DNA of 64,000 nt, from NCBI GenBank assembly GCA_951406725.2, contig OX597815.1, forward strand, positions 12,524,001 through 12,588,000, written 5' to 3'. Each line of letters starts with the position of its first letter. Within the stretch, counting starts at the first letter, position 1. The DNA comes from Octopus vulgaris. Its lineage: Eukaryota. This document shows, one piece after another, positions 1-13,351 of the stretch. A model generated the notes under the pieces. That model was not told the DNA's origin. It made no database searches and saw only the letters and a list, made by a program, of their open reading frames with translations. The translations under genes and the position numbers were made by a program.

Positions 1-252
1 ACAAAGTATGCTACGAAGAGGTGAGTTAATAATCATAAAGAAGATTATGTCATTTATCAGTTTAATTTCAATATAAGCTTACTCCCATCTGTAGCGTCTT
101 AATTGACATAATATTTCAATTGAGAACTTTTATTAAAGATAAGTGTTCCGCATTTAGAATCATACGCTTCTTCAATATATTACATCGGCAGACAGGTATC
201 TCAAGACAGTTCAAAATAGGTGATGCATAGATCACTCTCTCCCTCTCCCGCT

Positions 253-424
253 CTATATATATATATATATATGTATGTATGTGTGTGTGTGTGTCAGTGT
301 GTCTGTGTCTGTATATATATGTAAAAAAAGTCAAGATAGAAAACACTCAGGTAATTATATATGCTATAATTATAAATGCTAAAATAATTATAATTATGGA
401 AATCAAATATATATATATATATAT

Positions 425-490
<66 letters not shown>

Positions 491-565
491 GCATATATAT
501 GTATATATATGTGAGTGTACATATACATATATACATATGTATACATATATATATTTATTTATATA

Positions 566-616
<51 letters not shown>

Positions 617-657
617 TATGCATATGTGTATATATATACATTTGTATGTATGTATAT

Positions 658-714
<57 letters not shown>

Positions 715-795
715 CATATATATAAATATATATGTGTGTATATATATTTATAGACAGAGAGACAAATATTTGTGTGTGTGTGTGTGTGTGTGTGT
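253..795. repeat. Compound (TA)n/(TG)n microsatellite field
   Basis: Long (TA)n runs interrupted by TG/CA units; the overlapping YIYI/VCVC ORFs are artefacts. Similar fields occur at about 3375-3670, 14765-15500, 21345-21485, 29570-29955, 31790-32060, 33535-33790, 39950-40100 and 53290-53610. Confidence 0.97.
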
Positions 796-2050
796 ATTTA
801 CTTACACATACGTACATATTTGCATACACACATATGAGGGATTGCACAAACGAAAGATAATGGCTCACGTCACGTCTAGTAGTAGCTGCATATACGTAAC
901 TTTTATTATTAAACAAAAGTTTTACTTACCACTATATGACTTACGGTTTTGTCGTCACCTAGGACGAACCCATTGCATCATATATCTTTCTGAAAAATCC
1001 ACGTGTGTGCCAATGTGAATATATGCATGCCAATATGTATGTACGCTTGTGCTTGCATAAATGCAACTCTAGTAGATATTAATTTTAGTAGTTAAGGCTC
1101 TAGCTTAATATGCATCGATTCCAATTGTAGAATACCAATTACCTGTTATTTTACAAATGTTTTCTCATCCGCGATGAATTGTAGCGAAATCAAGATCATG
1201 CGTGAATCACTTCATTGGTAGGTATTGTATAACTTCGTATATTTTACAGCAGCTATTCCATTTTCCTGACGATAGGGATACACGTGCTTGTTAGAGGCTA
1301 ATGCAACGAACAGGTTTGTCTCTTGATCAAAGAACTGATAAACTATTCGAAAGAGCAGTTATAATTTACTTTTTATCTATTTGCACGCAAACACACATGC
1401 ATACACAAACTTATATGTATATGTTTCCTGCATGTTGAAGCAGGTGAGAATGTGTATATGTTTGTCGGCTACTAATGTATCTAAAAGAGAACACTCGTCA
1501 AAGAGTGGATGAAGCTATGATGGTTACGTATTTGCATTCTTGTAGATACAGACCATTTTACAGATTTCGCCAAGATAAGTAAACTTTCACAACTTTCTCA
1601 GAGAAATAAGTAAAGCAAAATTACCAAGAAATATATATATATAACATAAATGTAACACAGAATATAGCTTTACCTACAAAAGAGATTATGGAAAAACGAA
1701 GTGGTAATTGAATCACATACATGCTGGAGTCATTATTTATTACTTGCGGCGAATATACAGTCCTGCATTGATGTAGCACAGGGTTTCCATAAATTCGTTA
1801 GGTACAGTAAGGTAAAAAAAAAAAAAAAATACAACTGAAACACTCAAAGACGCAGAAAATAATCTTTCAGTAAGTACCATTGTGTCTGAAAAACTATACA
1901 CACACAAAACTGAGAACAAACGAATATGTGGAAACCACAAAAATGCAGATACAAATATGGAAATATGCGCCAGTTAATAAACCTATAGATATATGTACAC
2001 GCATATATATTTATATGTATAGAGGCATACACACATATACAGACATATAC

Positions 2051-2086
<36 letters not shown>

Positions 2087-3374
2087 TGATATGTATGTGT
2101 GTAAAGTGTGCGCCTGTGCATACAGCCACACACATATAAACATGCACACACACACACACACACTCACACACGCATATATCTATTACATATACTGATGTAA
2201 TCTCGTGTTTTCTAACCGTATGGAAATGGGAGAATTTATACAATTTTCTTTTCATATCTTGATACTTCGGTTGACAATTTTAACACTCACACACACAAAA
2301 ACACACGCACGCAAGCACACACGCACACGCATATATGAGTGTGTATGTTTACTTGTGTGTTTAAAGGTATGTATATATCTTATATATGTAAATATATGTA
2401 CAGATATATAGATATATACATACATATACACATATATAGATTTAACGCAGTTTATAAAACAATTTGGAATTTATATTCAGTTTTAATTTCTTGTTTATTG
2501 AAATAATAAAGGTTCCAAATTTTTGTTTCGTTTCAGTGGTGTTATTCTTAAAGTAGCACGCAGTAAAACTTTCTTAAAAAATGAAATGCCCAGTAGATTT
2601 CATATGAAAATTATGTGACGAATCTCTAAGGGCCCAGTAGGTTTCTCTAGAATAAGAAATGACAGAGATTCAAATTATGGATAATTTCATAAATTATTGA
2701 TAAATTTCGTAGAAATAATGCATGATATAAATATATATTTCATATCAACAGATAATATCAGCAATTGTTATGATACTAATTTCTTTGTATACGATAAAAT
2801 ATTTTTCAACCTTGACTATCATGTTTGAAGAGAAATTCTTCGTAGCCTGCTTTAATCTTTCGAACGTATATTCTATTCTTTTATTATTTTACTAGTTTCA
2901 GCTCAAGGGCTGTGATAATGCCTGGGACGTTGATATTGCTTTGTATATGCAGGGTTTACGATATATGTTGAATCCTGATTGGCTACTAGCTGAAAGGCCT
3001 CACTAGTTCTTGTCCTGCCGTAGCCTATTGTGTTGGTTCCTTAACTGCCGAGGTACATCATTTGTTGTCGCCTGGTTTTCTCTTAATTGTTCGTTGCCCT
3101 AGTTCTTTGATTGTTAATGGTTATAATTTATTTATCATCACGTCGTGATCGTTTGCTTTTGATTGATAGCAATTTGGCTTTCCGGTTGGATAATTCCGTT
3201 CAGAAGAGAGACATCCGAGTGATCGACTTGTTTTTCTGACGTCACTACGACCAGCTGAATGCCTAAAGCCATTCATATTTTTTTAACTTAATAGAAATTG
3301 TTGAATATGGCCGGTATTTAAAAAAAAATGTGTAAATCACAGTTCGTTTTAAGACCCATGTACATAAATATACC

Positions 3375-3406
<32 letters not shown>

Positions 3407-3432
3407 AACACATAAACACATACACACACACA

Positions 3433-3487
<55 letters not shown>

Positions 3488-3618
3488 AGTTTAGAGTGAA
3501 TACTTGATAAGTGTAAGCACCTGTATATGCCATATATTGGCAGAGTTGAGAGAATATATCAAACATAAATTATAAACATAAATTACTCCTTTGTGTTCTG
3601 TTTTTAATTTATGTACAT

Positions 3619-3668
<50 letters not shown>

Positions 3669-4020
3669 GTATATCTACATACTGACAAATCACCACACGC
3701 ACAACACACTACTTATGTAGTACATAGATGAGACCTACATGTCCTCCGTATAGAATACACTTACTAGTGCTCAAAATATTCAAACTTGAGCTACTCTAGA
3801 AGCAAATGTGGGGATAAACAAATTAGACAGATCAATCTATAAAGTAGGTTATATACATGAAATATACACGCTTTTAATTTTCATATCACTTGTTCTCTAT
3901 GTGAGATGGGCCTTTATATATGTATACATGTACACAAATATTTTGTTTCATGTATTTTATATATTTTATATGTTGATCTGTCAAATTTATCTCCACGTTT
4001 ACTTCTATAAAATATACACG

Positions 4021-4678
4021 TGTGAGGGAAAACTAAATGCTGTCTATAAACGTGTGTTGAGGCGGGCTTACGTGGAGAGAGGTGGAGAATTAAGACTATC
4101 AGTGACTGAAAAGTAGAGAGAGAAAATAATTCCTGCTCTTGACGTAAGCGTGAGTCATGGTGGTCTCTGTGGAAGCCCAGTACGAATAGAGGCAGATGTC
4201 GTTGCGAATAATCAATCGGTCGAGAGTAAGTAGGGCGAGGCCGCGGTATCATTGCTGAGAGTGATTTCGGGGTAACATTCAGCAAGCAAGTTAACAAAAT
4301 GGCAGCCAGTTTGACAAATATACAGGAAATGACAGAAGGAGTAGAAAATGCATTAGATTAAATTGCTGAAGGTTGATGAATCTGTGATGTGCTGTTGGCT
4401 GTGGTGGGTGCCGGTGACGAGGGTGGTATTGCAGGAGTAGAGACAGGTACAGCAGCGTGAGCGAGAGCAGAAGGAGCCAGGAGTTCGGACGAAGGATAGG
4501 TGCCAGGACTTCGGAAGAAGAATAGGTGCCAGGAGTGGAGAAGAAGCTACGATCCAGAAAGATCTCGTATGTCATAGGCAGCATTGAAGGAGGAGCAGTT
4601 GAGAAAGATGTGGGAGGTTGAATGGTCAGATTGGAATCGGCGGAAAGCCCGTGGAATGGTGGTGGTGGGATGTTTCAT
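4021..4678 (-). mobile_element. Penelope-like retroelement remnant (RT C-terminal linker + GIY-YIG endonuclease), frameshifted
   Basis: Minus-strand translation across frameshifts gives RAFRRFQSDHSTSHIF...IRDL, CSRSRCCTC, NLI*CIFYSFCHFLYICQTG (GIY-YIG motif, about 4305-4365), and HRDHHDSRLRQEQEL...DSLNSPPL. This is the motif order of a Penelope/Poseidon C-terminus. Confidence 0.8.
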
Positions 4679-4764
4679 ACACACACATATATACATATAT
4701 ACGCACACATATATACAAGTATACAAACAAGAACACACACATACATAGACGTGTGTGTGCTAAG

Positions 4765-5160
4765 AAGTTTGCATCCCGACTTCCACTGAAGGTCCACATT
4801 CGATTAATGTATTCTACGGTAACCTCGAGCAGACCAAATCCTTGTAAAGGGATTTGACAGATGGAAACTGAGAGAAGCTCGACATATATATGTGAGTGTT
4901 TCTTTTTGTTTGTGCGTTTGTGCATGTGTATGTGCGTGCGCGTGTGTGAGTATGAGTATGTATTTCGTTGTGTCTCTGTCCCAGGACAACCGCTTGAATA
5001 CACATGTTGATTTGTTTAGGTCCCTCTAACATAGCGGTTCGGCCGAAGAGAACGATATAATAAATACCGGACTTCAAAAACCTGCTGGAGTCAATTCGTT
5101 CGACTAAAAGTTCATCATGGCTGCAGTCTAATGACTGAAACATGTAAAATATAAAATATA
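4765..5160 (+). mobile_element. SINE family B copy, diverged
   Basis: Contains family B landmarks (gaccaaatccttgt, ggaaactgaga, internal TG repeat, tagcggttcggc, catggctgcagtctaatgactgaaac tail). Confidence 0.75.
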
Positions 5161-5643
5161 TTTATATGGCGTTCGTCTCTCCAATTTCGGGCATATCCAC
5201 TATCTCATCACAGTCACAGAGTTGTAACATTTTTTATAGCATTTTTGACATGTAACTCATACGAATAATTTCAGTTTTCTATCAAAGGTCATCTCTAATA
5301 CAAGTAGAAAATAATTAGATCTAGAATCATGCCAACAGCGAGCTGCAATAGTGCATTCATCCTTAAAACGATTCTCAGTCACATAGAAGATGAACACAGC
5401 TTTGGACATCATGAAGAATTGTGATTCGCTGCAGCTGTTGGATCTCTGACGATTCATGGATAAAAACCAGCGTTTGAAAGTGTCATCCAATCATAGTCTG
5501 CGCAGGTATGATTACATGTGAAATCTCTATCTTGCAGAGCATTAACATCCTCCAGACTTAAGTCATTACCTATGACTGTTTGATCGGATATTTGATTTTC
5601 TTAAAATAGTAGTTGTAAAAAGCTTTCCGACTTATGCGTAATA

Positions 5644-5879
5644 TTACTTATTTCTTTATTGCCCACAAGGGGCTAAACATAGAGGGGACAAACAAGGATA
5701 GACAAAGGGATTAAGTCGATTACATGGACCCCAGTGCGTAACTGGTACTTAATTTATCGACCCCGAAATGATGAAAGGCAAAGTCGACCTCGGCGGAATT
5801 TGAACTCAGAACGTAAAGACAGATGAAATAACGCTAGACATTTCACCCGGCGTGCTAACGTTTCTGCCAGCTCGCCGCC
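5644..5879 (-). mobile_element. SINE family A (tRNA-derived), full length with 12-bp TSD
   Basis: Head GGCGGCGAGCTGGCAGAAACGTTAGC, B-box-like GAGTTCAAATTCC, core GTCGACTTTGCCTTTCATC..CGGGGTCGATAAA; flanked by ttatgcgtaata at 5632-5643 and 5880-5891. Confidence 0.92.
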
Positions 5880-6359
5880 TTATGCGTAATAATAGACACC
5901 AACACCTCCGCAGAAAGTTCTCTAATATTTTGATTTACCATCAATGCGTGTCACTTTCTCAGTGTATAGTAGGTGCATGTTAACGTAAGCATTGTAGTTC
6001 CGGTTAGTAGAGTTACGTTTCTACGATGTCTCAAACTCAATTGAAGCTACCTACTGATGGTAATAACAAAGTTCAAATATTTTGGTTAAACAAATGTTCG
6101 ATGGTAAAAAGAGGATGAACATTTGTCGTGACGTTCGTTGAAGACATCTATATCTACACCTTGCAAATCTCTTAAAGTGCGTGGCTAAATGCTGAATAGT
6201 TGCGGGCCATTGTGACACAAGCTGTTACAATACAGGGTCCTTATTTTAAATGGAAAACACGGGATCCGCTGTATTATGTGATGTCACTCATTTTGGTGGT
6301 TGGTACAGGTTAGAATTCTAAATTTGGGAGCTAGACCCCTAGGATATTCCATAAGCACC

Positions 6360-6496
6360 GGTCTGGTGCGTGGTAAGAGGATTGCTTCCCAGCCACATGG
6401 TTCAGGGTTCAGTCCCAATGCGTGGCACCTACTATAGCCTCGGACTGACCAAAGCCTTGAGTGGATTAGGTAGAGGGAAACTGAAAGAAGCACGCC

Positions 6497-6594
<98 letters not shown>

Positions 6595-6782
6595 TTATTT
6601 TTTTGTGTGTGTGGGTCTGTGTTTGTGTTTATGTTTGTGTGTTTATGTCTCCGAAACTTAGTGGTTCGGCAAAATCGACCGATAGAATAAGTACCAGCCT
6701 TACAAACAATAAGTCCTGGGGTCGATTACTTCGACTATAGGTCGCGGTCAAATGACTGAAGCGTGTAAAAGAGTAAAAGAAT
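6360..6782 (+). mobile_element. SINE family B copy with internal (TA)n
   Basis: tRNA-like head (tggtaagaggattgc...gggttcagtccc), central (TA)n, aaatgactgaa tail and AAAAGAGT repeat; homologous to 7094-7562 and 58290-58720. Confidence 0.85.
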
Positions 6783-6784
6783 AT

Positions 6785-7075
6785 GTATATAACTGCATAC
6801 TTTTCATGTCTTCTCTCTCGGGAATACAGATTCATCTCCTGTAACCTCTCCTGGCTCGTATGCTGCAACAACTTAACCATAGAGTGATGGCACTGGATTA
6901 TCTCATGCCCTGCATCAGGTTGGCTATCTACAAGTGATCCAGACGACTAAGAAACAAAGTTTTCCATAGGAGTAGCATGCGATCTTTTTTCCTGGTTATA
7001 AAATGATCTCAGGATCCAACCAGCTACTCACCTTCGAAGTGTTGTTTCTGACAATGCATTCCATGACGTTGCTAC
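6785..7075 (-). mobile_element. CR1-like LINE fragment (post-RT region)
   Basis: ORF 6629-6880 begins ...QERLQEMNLYSRERRHEKYAVIY, matching WEWLKQLRFYSLDRRRERYAVIY of the copy at 8234-8566; ctcaggatccaaccag resembles cttaggatccatctag at about 8728. Confidence 0.7.
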
Positions 7076-7093
7076 CGTGTAATACCATGTAGA

Positions 7094-7344
7094 TACTCTC
7101 TTTACTCTCTTTTACTCTTTTACTTGTTTCAATCATTTGACTGCGGCCATGCTGGAGCACCGCCTTTAGTCGAGCAAATCGACCCCCAAGACGTATTCTT
7201 TGTAAGCCCAGTACTTATTCTATCGGTCCCTTTTTGCCGAACCGCTAAGTGACGGGGGCGTAAACACATCAGCATCGGTTGTCAAGCAATGCTAGGGGAA
7301 CAAACACAGACACACACACACACATACATATATCTATCTATCTA

Positions 7345-7399
<55 letters not shown>

Positions 7400-7562
7400 G
7401 ACAGGGTTCTTTCAGTTTCCGTCTACCAAATCAACTCACAAGGCATTGGTCGGCCCGGGGCTATAGCAGAAGACACTTGCCTAAGATGCCACGCAGTGGG
7501 ACTGAACCCGGAACCATGTGGTTGGTTAGCAAGCTACTTACCACACAGCCACTCCTGCGCCT
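7094..7562 (-). mobile_element. SINE family B, near full length
   Basis: Head AGGCGCAGGAGTGGCTGTGTGGTAAG...GGTTCAGTCCC, central (TA)n/(TG)n, tail GGCGGTGCTCCAGCATGGCCGCAGTCAAATGATTGAAAC followed by (AAAAGAGT)n. Confidence 0.92.
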
Positions 7563-7577
7563 ATAAGCATTATTTTT

Positions 7578-7905
7578 TTAGTTTCTTCCTTTATGGACAG
7601 GACATATTATGACATCTTTAAAAATGTTGGCAAATTTTCCACATGTAATGAAACTATCTGTAGTGGTTTCATAGAAGATTTCTTCCATATCTTTAAAACA
7701 ACAATCAGAAATCTCTCTGGGGTGGTTGCTAAGTTGGCGATCATCGATGGCGGATATTGCATCTCTCTCTTTTACTGTGATGTAATGGATGGGTCCTTCT
7801 TTTCCATATAGAGCTGCGGTGTTGAAGAATTCATTAGGCTTCCTTATTTGCCTATTTCCCAGTGGATAGTTGAAGATATTTTGTAATTGTTTATGCAACA
7901 TTTCG
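7578..7905 (-). mobile_element. CR1-like LINE fragment (pre-RT linker)
   Basis: ORF ends ...GKFANIFKDVIICPVHKG, homologous to ...LKEGIKCPIHKGG at 63175. Probably the same insertion as 6785-7075, with the RT core missing and a SINE in between. Confidence 0.65.
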
Positions 7906-8058
7906 ATTATACTCCTGGTTCAGCAACTTTGAGTACAGTATGAGTCAATAGCACTTCCTCTCATTGAAACCTATGAGAGGAGTGTAAAGTTGCCTTCAAT
8001 TGGAGTGGAGCGTAAAAAGTACTTTGTCTACTGTTCTCATAACTCTCCCCACCTGCAG

Positions 8059-9330
8059 TTATTATTTTTTCCTCTAGTTTCAGCTTAGAGCTGTGGCCAT
8101 TCTGATGCTCCACCGTTTTGCTACACTGTTATTACTAGGAGCCTCCTCTAATATGTGGCACTTGGTGAAGCATGGAGTTTGATATAGCTACCCTCATTTG
8201 CACCTCTTGCTGTGAGGTAGGTTCATCTGGGACTCACGACAGGATGAGGTCCAACTTTGATTTAAAAGCCCCTTCATCTACTTTGTCCAAATTCCTCAGA
8301 CTCTTCGGGAGAATATTAAAACGCTGTTGTCCCTTGAAACCCAGGCTGATGCAATAACTGGTACTGAAGCGTGATGGCATTGCTGGGACATTTGGTACTA
8401 TGCAGTATCGTCCCGTTCTGGTATTGGTGTAGCTTTCAATGTCTACATTTGGCACAATTCCTTCCAGGATCTTCCAGATATATATTACTGCATACCTCTC
8501 CCGCCTTCTGTCCAGGGAGTAAAATCTTAACTGTTTTAACCATTCCCAGTAGTTGAGCTGTTGCAAAGAGACGATCTTCTTTGTAAATCTTCTCTGGATT
8601 GCTTCAAGGTCCGCTATTAATTTCCCACTGGTGTGTGACTATAACTGTGAGCAGTAATCCAGGCGGCTGAGGACAAATGTCCGCCAAAGAACCATCATGG
8701 TTTCCTTATCTCTGGTTCTGAATGTTCTTAGGATCCATCTAGCCAGTCATTTGCATTTTGCCGCCATCCTGGTAATGTGCACTTGGAAAGAGGTATCATC
8801 ACTCATGTCGATACCCAGGTCCCTCTCTGACTTAGGCTCCGGGGTTGAAATTCCCTGTGGATCGGTGTACCCTGTAAGTTTCATATTCAGTTTGGATGCT
8901 GGTAGCGCAGGGACTGGAATTTTTCAGCATTAAACTGTATGTTATTATCCTCAGCCCATCTCTAAATTGAGTCCAACTCCTGCTGCTGGTATGCCTGTAT
9001 TTTGTGCTAGACTTCCTTATCATCTACATAGTTGCCAAGGGTAGCTATCCGGGCATTTCATGGCATATCTATTAAAATCAATGGTCCCAAGGCAGTGCTC
9101 TCTGGAACACCGCTTACTATTTGTGTGTTCCTAGAGGTGGCTCCATTAGCCACTACTGCCTGTCTCCTAACTTTCAAGAAGTTGTTTAACCACTCTCCAA
9201 GTTTTCCAGCTATGACAAGGTCACGCAGGTTGTGGCATATCATACCATGATCCACCTTTTCAAAAGCTTTTGCAAAATCAAGGTATATTACGTCCACATT
9301 TGATTTGCTGAGTAACTGCCTCAACACCTG
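8059..9330 (-). mobile_element. CR1-like LINE, 5'-truncated, RT through 3' tail, disrupted
   Basis: VDVIYLDFAKAFEKVDHG, SGVPESTALGPLIL, NYVDD (about 9019-9033), LDYCSQL, SLDRRRERYAVIYIWKIL, FKSKLD; ends in ...ATGGCCACAGCTCTAAGCTGAAACTAGAGG plus an A-rich tail. Confidence 0.9.
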
Positions 9331-11084
9331 TATTATTGGTAATAATATAAAACAAATTTGCTTTATTATTTCTATTACAATTATTTAAACCAGCAATACG
9401 GAGATAAAGAAACAAATGATATTGGTCCAAACATAGACATTCAAGTATTAGGAATTAATGAACTAGACATTGTTCACTGCATAATATTTATTCTAAGATA
9501 ATTTAGGAAGGAATACAAAAGACGGATTATATTAATACCGCAAAGGGAAAACAAAATCCTAATGTGTATCTATGTTATTCAATAATGCAACAGAATATTT
9601 CTTTTTTATAATATAGTAACTAATAAAGCCTGATATCAGAATAAACCTCACAATATCTGCTGCTAGAAAAAAATAGTTATAATGTATATTCTTCAGGATT
9701 ACATACTGGGCGAATAATAAAAGGAAGGTAATACGAATAATTAAAAAATGAAATGATGATAACTGGATTGAAATAATCATATCAAATAAACGTTGGGATA
9801 ATAAACAGCGTGGAGAGTATGAGAAAGCAACACGAGAGATTTCATATATAAAACACGATAAAAGTAATGAAAGTAAAAGATGATACACGATTAGTCTTGT
9901 TGAGATGTGAAGGAATCAAAATCGAAGCCGAAGCTGGGTTCTGTGCTTTTCCCTTTTTTTTAAAGAGAGATTCAAGTCTAAAGGTTTTCCAGCGGGGACT
10001 CCCAAAGTATATAATAAAGGACAAGGTTAAATTGAAAGAAAAATTAAATAAAGTAACATAATGGTAGTTGCTAAAGAACGTATCAATTGAAATGGGCAAC
10101 AATATATTTTTGAATTAAGTGTAGATTATCCAAATGTCAAAATCGGAATATAAAGACCAGACCAGCAAATTGATGAATTAGAAAATAGATGGTAATATTA
10201 TAATGAAGTTTTCTTAATATAAGCATGAGTCATTACAAGTGTTGATTGTTTAAACACACGCTTTCAGAATGATTAATTTTATAAGCGCGATATACATGAA
10301 ATGTTTCTTAAATAATCCTAATATTTAATTTATATTTCTTAAATTTATGCTAATATTTAATTTATATTAAACATACCAATATCAGAAGGATGAAAGGAAA
10401 AGATGTCATGAACGATATCAAATGTTTATTTGTGAAATGCAGACATTTGATTTTATCGAAGAAACTACTTGACTGTTTCTAGCAGTAACTACGGCGGTAG
10501 CATGAACATTACAGACGACAATGTTTTCATATGTCTTCACAGTATAACGGGCCATGACGACATACCGAATATTATTTTGTTCACCCGCAAATTATTTTCC
10601 TGTTCAAATGTAGAAAATCTATCCCGAAAAGGATATTATATGAATGAAAATAATAGAATCAGCTAAATAATGCAAGAACAAAAGTGACGGCAAATAACAT
10701 TTATAAACAGAATAATTCTCAAACAGAAATAGAAATTGTTGCTATTTGTCAGTTGCGAAAAAAAAAAAGACGACATACAAAAAGATTAATACTAAAAGAA
10801 GAAACAAAAATAAGTCTAAACGTGAAATAAAAAATAAAACAAAATAGATAAAAAGAAAAAAAATTACTCTGAATAAGAAAGTGAAAAATTAAAAATATAT
10901 ATATATAACATGAATGTAAAGATGATAAATGAGAAAAGAGAAAAATATGTTAATTTAGCATCGACGGTAAACTAAATAGAAGAGATAAGAATTCAAATTG
11001 TTTACCAAGAAAAATCTGGGAGTGGTTGGCAGTATTATAACTTTTGTTCTTTTTAATGCTTCTTCTGTGATTTGTTTGTTTCAA

Positions 11085-11225
11085 TTATCGCTATCATTAT
11101 TGTTGTTATTGTTATCATTATATTTATCACCATCACCACCACCACCACCAAGCCCGGCACCATCATCATCATCAATCACAACATCACAATCATTATCATC
11201 ATCATCCTCCTCCTCATCAACATCA
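11085..11225. repeat. Degenerate trinucleotide tract (TTG/ATC/ACC)
   Basis: Low-complexity run that produces the poly-L/P/S and poly-I/T pseudo-ORFs. Confidence 0.85.
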
Positions 11226-12765
11226 TTGCGCTATTTTCATTATTCGACTTGATTTTGCTGTTGCTTTGGAAGTTTTTTCTACACGTTCCATTCTTCTGTC
11301 AATATACTTGCTTCTGTTTCTATTGCTACTACTCATAACTATGTCACTACCTCTACTGCTACTAACATTATCTATATTAGTAGACTTCTTGCTTTTATCA
11401 TGCAGTTATTGTGTGCAGGTTCTTCAACAATATTCTTGACTTCAAAATCTATTACGCTCCCAGGATTACGTATAAATTGGTAAACTATAAAAATATATAA
11501 ATACATTTTTTTTAATCTTTCAGCAACGCAGGAATGGCGTTGGGAAAATATTCAATGGGATGCCAATAAAGGAAAATGAGGAGAAACGATACTGTATAGT
11601 GTTACCGGTGATTGTGTAAGGTTTCCTTAATAATTTTATTTTTGAAATGGAAACAAAGAAATAAGTATTGGCAGGAGGTTTTATTCTCGCCAATCCATTA
11701 TAGTTTGTTGTGAAAAAATCAAAGCATTAGTGGATTACTGTGTTTAGAGATATGGTTGGATAAAATATGTCGTGTCCATAGTACCCGGTGTTGTGGTATG
11801 ACAATAGCAGTAGTGATAATGAATGTGATATGTACAGACATTACCCCATGAAATCTTTGATAATTTCTTTTTTGAAAAGGCGAATCTTTATCCGAAATAT
11901 TATAGAATCATTATACAACCATACTCTGGTACCACAACTTCTTTCCCTTTGGTTTCTTCTATTCACAGCACCATATATATTTATCTCATCAACTTCATGG
12001 CTAAACTGTTATCAAATATCTAAATCATTTACTCCAGAAGCAAGCAAGGGTCAATATTAATAAGCATCAGAAGGCTGGCAGAATCATTAACACACCGGAT
12101 AAATTATTTGTGCAGTGTATCTGAAGACGTAAAACTTTCACATTTTTCAACCTCGATGCTCATGGGAACTTTTATAGTTTTCTTGACTGGGGAGGGATTA
12201 CTTCATAGTTTGTTTCTTTTAATAGATTATTTATATAAATGTAACAGATGATGCAATTCGCCCTTATGTATATTCGGTACTTCTATATTATTTTCTAACA
12301 ACATGATAATGGCGTCGCGTTCGGTCAAAATTATTCACTTACGTTGCGTGAGCGAAAACGTTTAATGTGATATGTGAAAGTGTTTAAATCAAACACTATC
12401 ACATTCTTTTTTATAATTCTATTAACATGTTTGTTCTAGGAATAATAAGAATGAAGATTTGGAATTAGAATAGTGAAAGAAACCCACTGTATTATATGTC
12501 AACATTCGGATATCTTCTACAAACAGATATTAATTTTTCTTCACTCCTGTGAAAATGCTCTTTAGATTATTCGCACAACTTTTATCTGTTCCTGTTGTTT
12601 GTCACAAATATATGCCCGACAGTGTAATTAGTAGCTCCTGGACATATAAGGATTCACACCCGGCAAAAGAAGGAATTTAGCACGTTATAGTGATGCAGAG
12701 AAATATTTGACTATTTTCTGCCTAAGTCATAATGTTGATGCTGCAATTTAATGTTGCAATTAAGG

Positions 12766-13351
12766 CAGCGAGCTAGCAGAAACTTTAGCACGCTGGGCGA
12801 ATTTCTAAGATCAAATTCTGCCGAGGTCGACTTTGCCTTTCATCCTTTCGGAGTCGATAAATTAAGTAGCAGTTGCGTACTGAGGTCGATCTACTCGACT
12901 GGCTCCCCTCTTCCCCACAAAATAAAATTCGAGCCTTTTGCCTAGAGTAAAACAAATTCAGGTGGTGAGCTGACAGAAACGTTAGCACGTTGGGCGAAAT
13001 GGTTTGCGGTATTTCGTCTGCCGCTCCGTTCTCTGTTGAAATTCCGCCGAGGTCGACTTTGCCTTACATCCTTTCGGGGTCGATAAATTAAGAACCAGAT
13101 ATGCACTGGGTTCGATATGATCGACTTAATCCGTTTGCCTGTCCTTGTTTGTCCTCTCTGTGTCTAGCCCCTTGTGGGTAGTAAAGAAATAGGTATTTCG
13201 TCTGTCTTTACGTTCTGAGTTCAAATTCCGCCGTGGTCGACTTTGCATTTCCTCCTCTCGGAGTCGATAAATTCAATACCAGTTGCCTACTGGAGTCGAT
13301 CTAATCGACTGGCCCCCTCCCCAAAAATATCGGCCTTGTGCCTAGAGTAGA
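12766..13351 (+). mobile_element. SINE family A trimer (tail types B-A-B)
   Basis: Three tandem cores (about 12825, 13050, 13235); the third unit is headless and starts at ggtatttcgtctg; atgct(g/a)caatttaatg occurs on both sides. Confidence 0.88.

Noticed and set aside
7952-7984. 12-bp hairpin with one bulge between LINE fragments
   Set aside because: Single short stem with no supporting context.
9540-10200. Purine-rich stretch that might be a decayed LINE ORF1 or transposase (also 5200-5620 and 14070-14650)
   Set aside because: No diagnostic motif could be read; it would need a translated profile search.
12766-13351. Repeated conserved blocks separated by variable sequence, superficially CRISPR-like
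   Set aside because: These are tandem SINE units in eukaryotic DNA, with no regular repeat-spacer periodicity and no cas genes.
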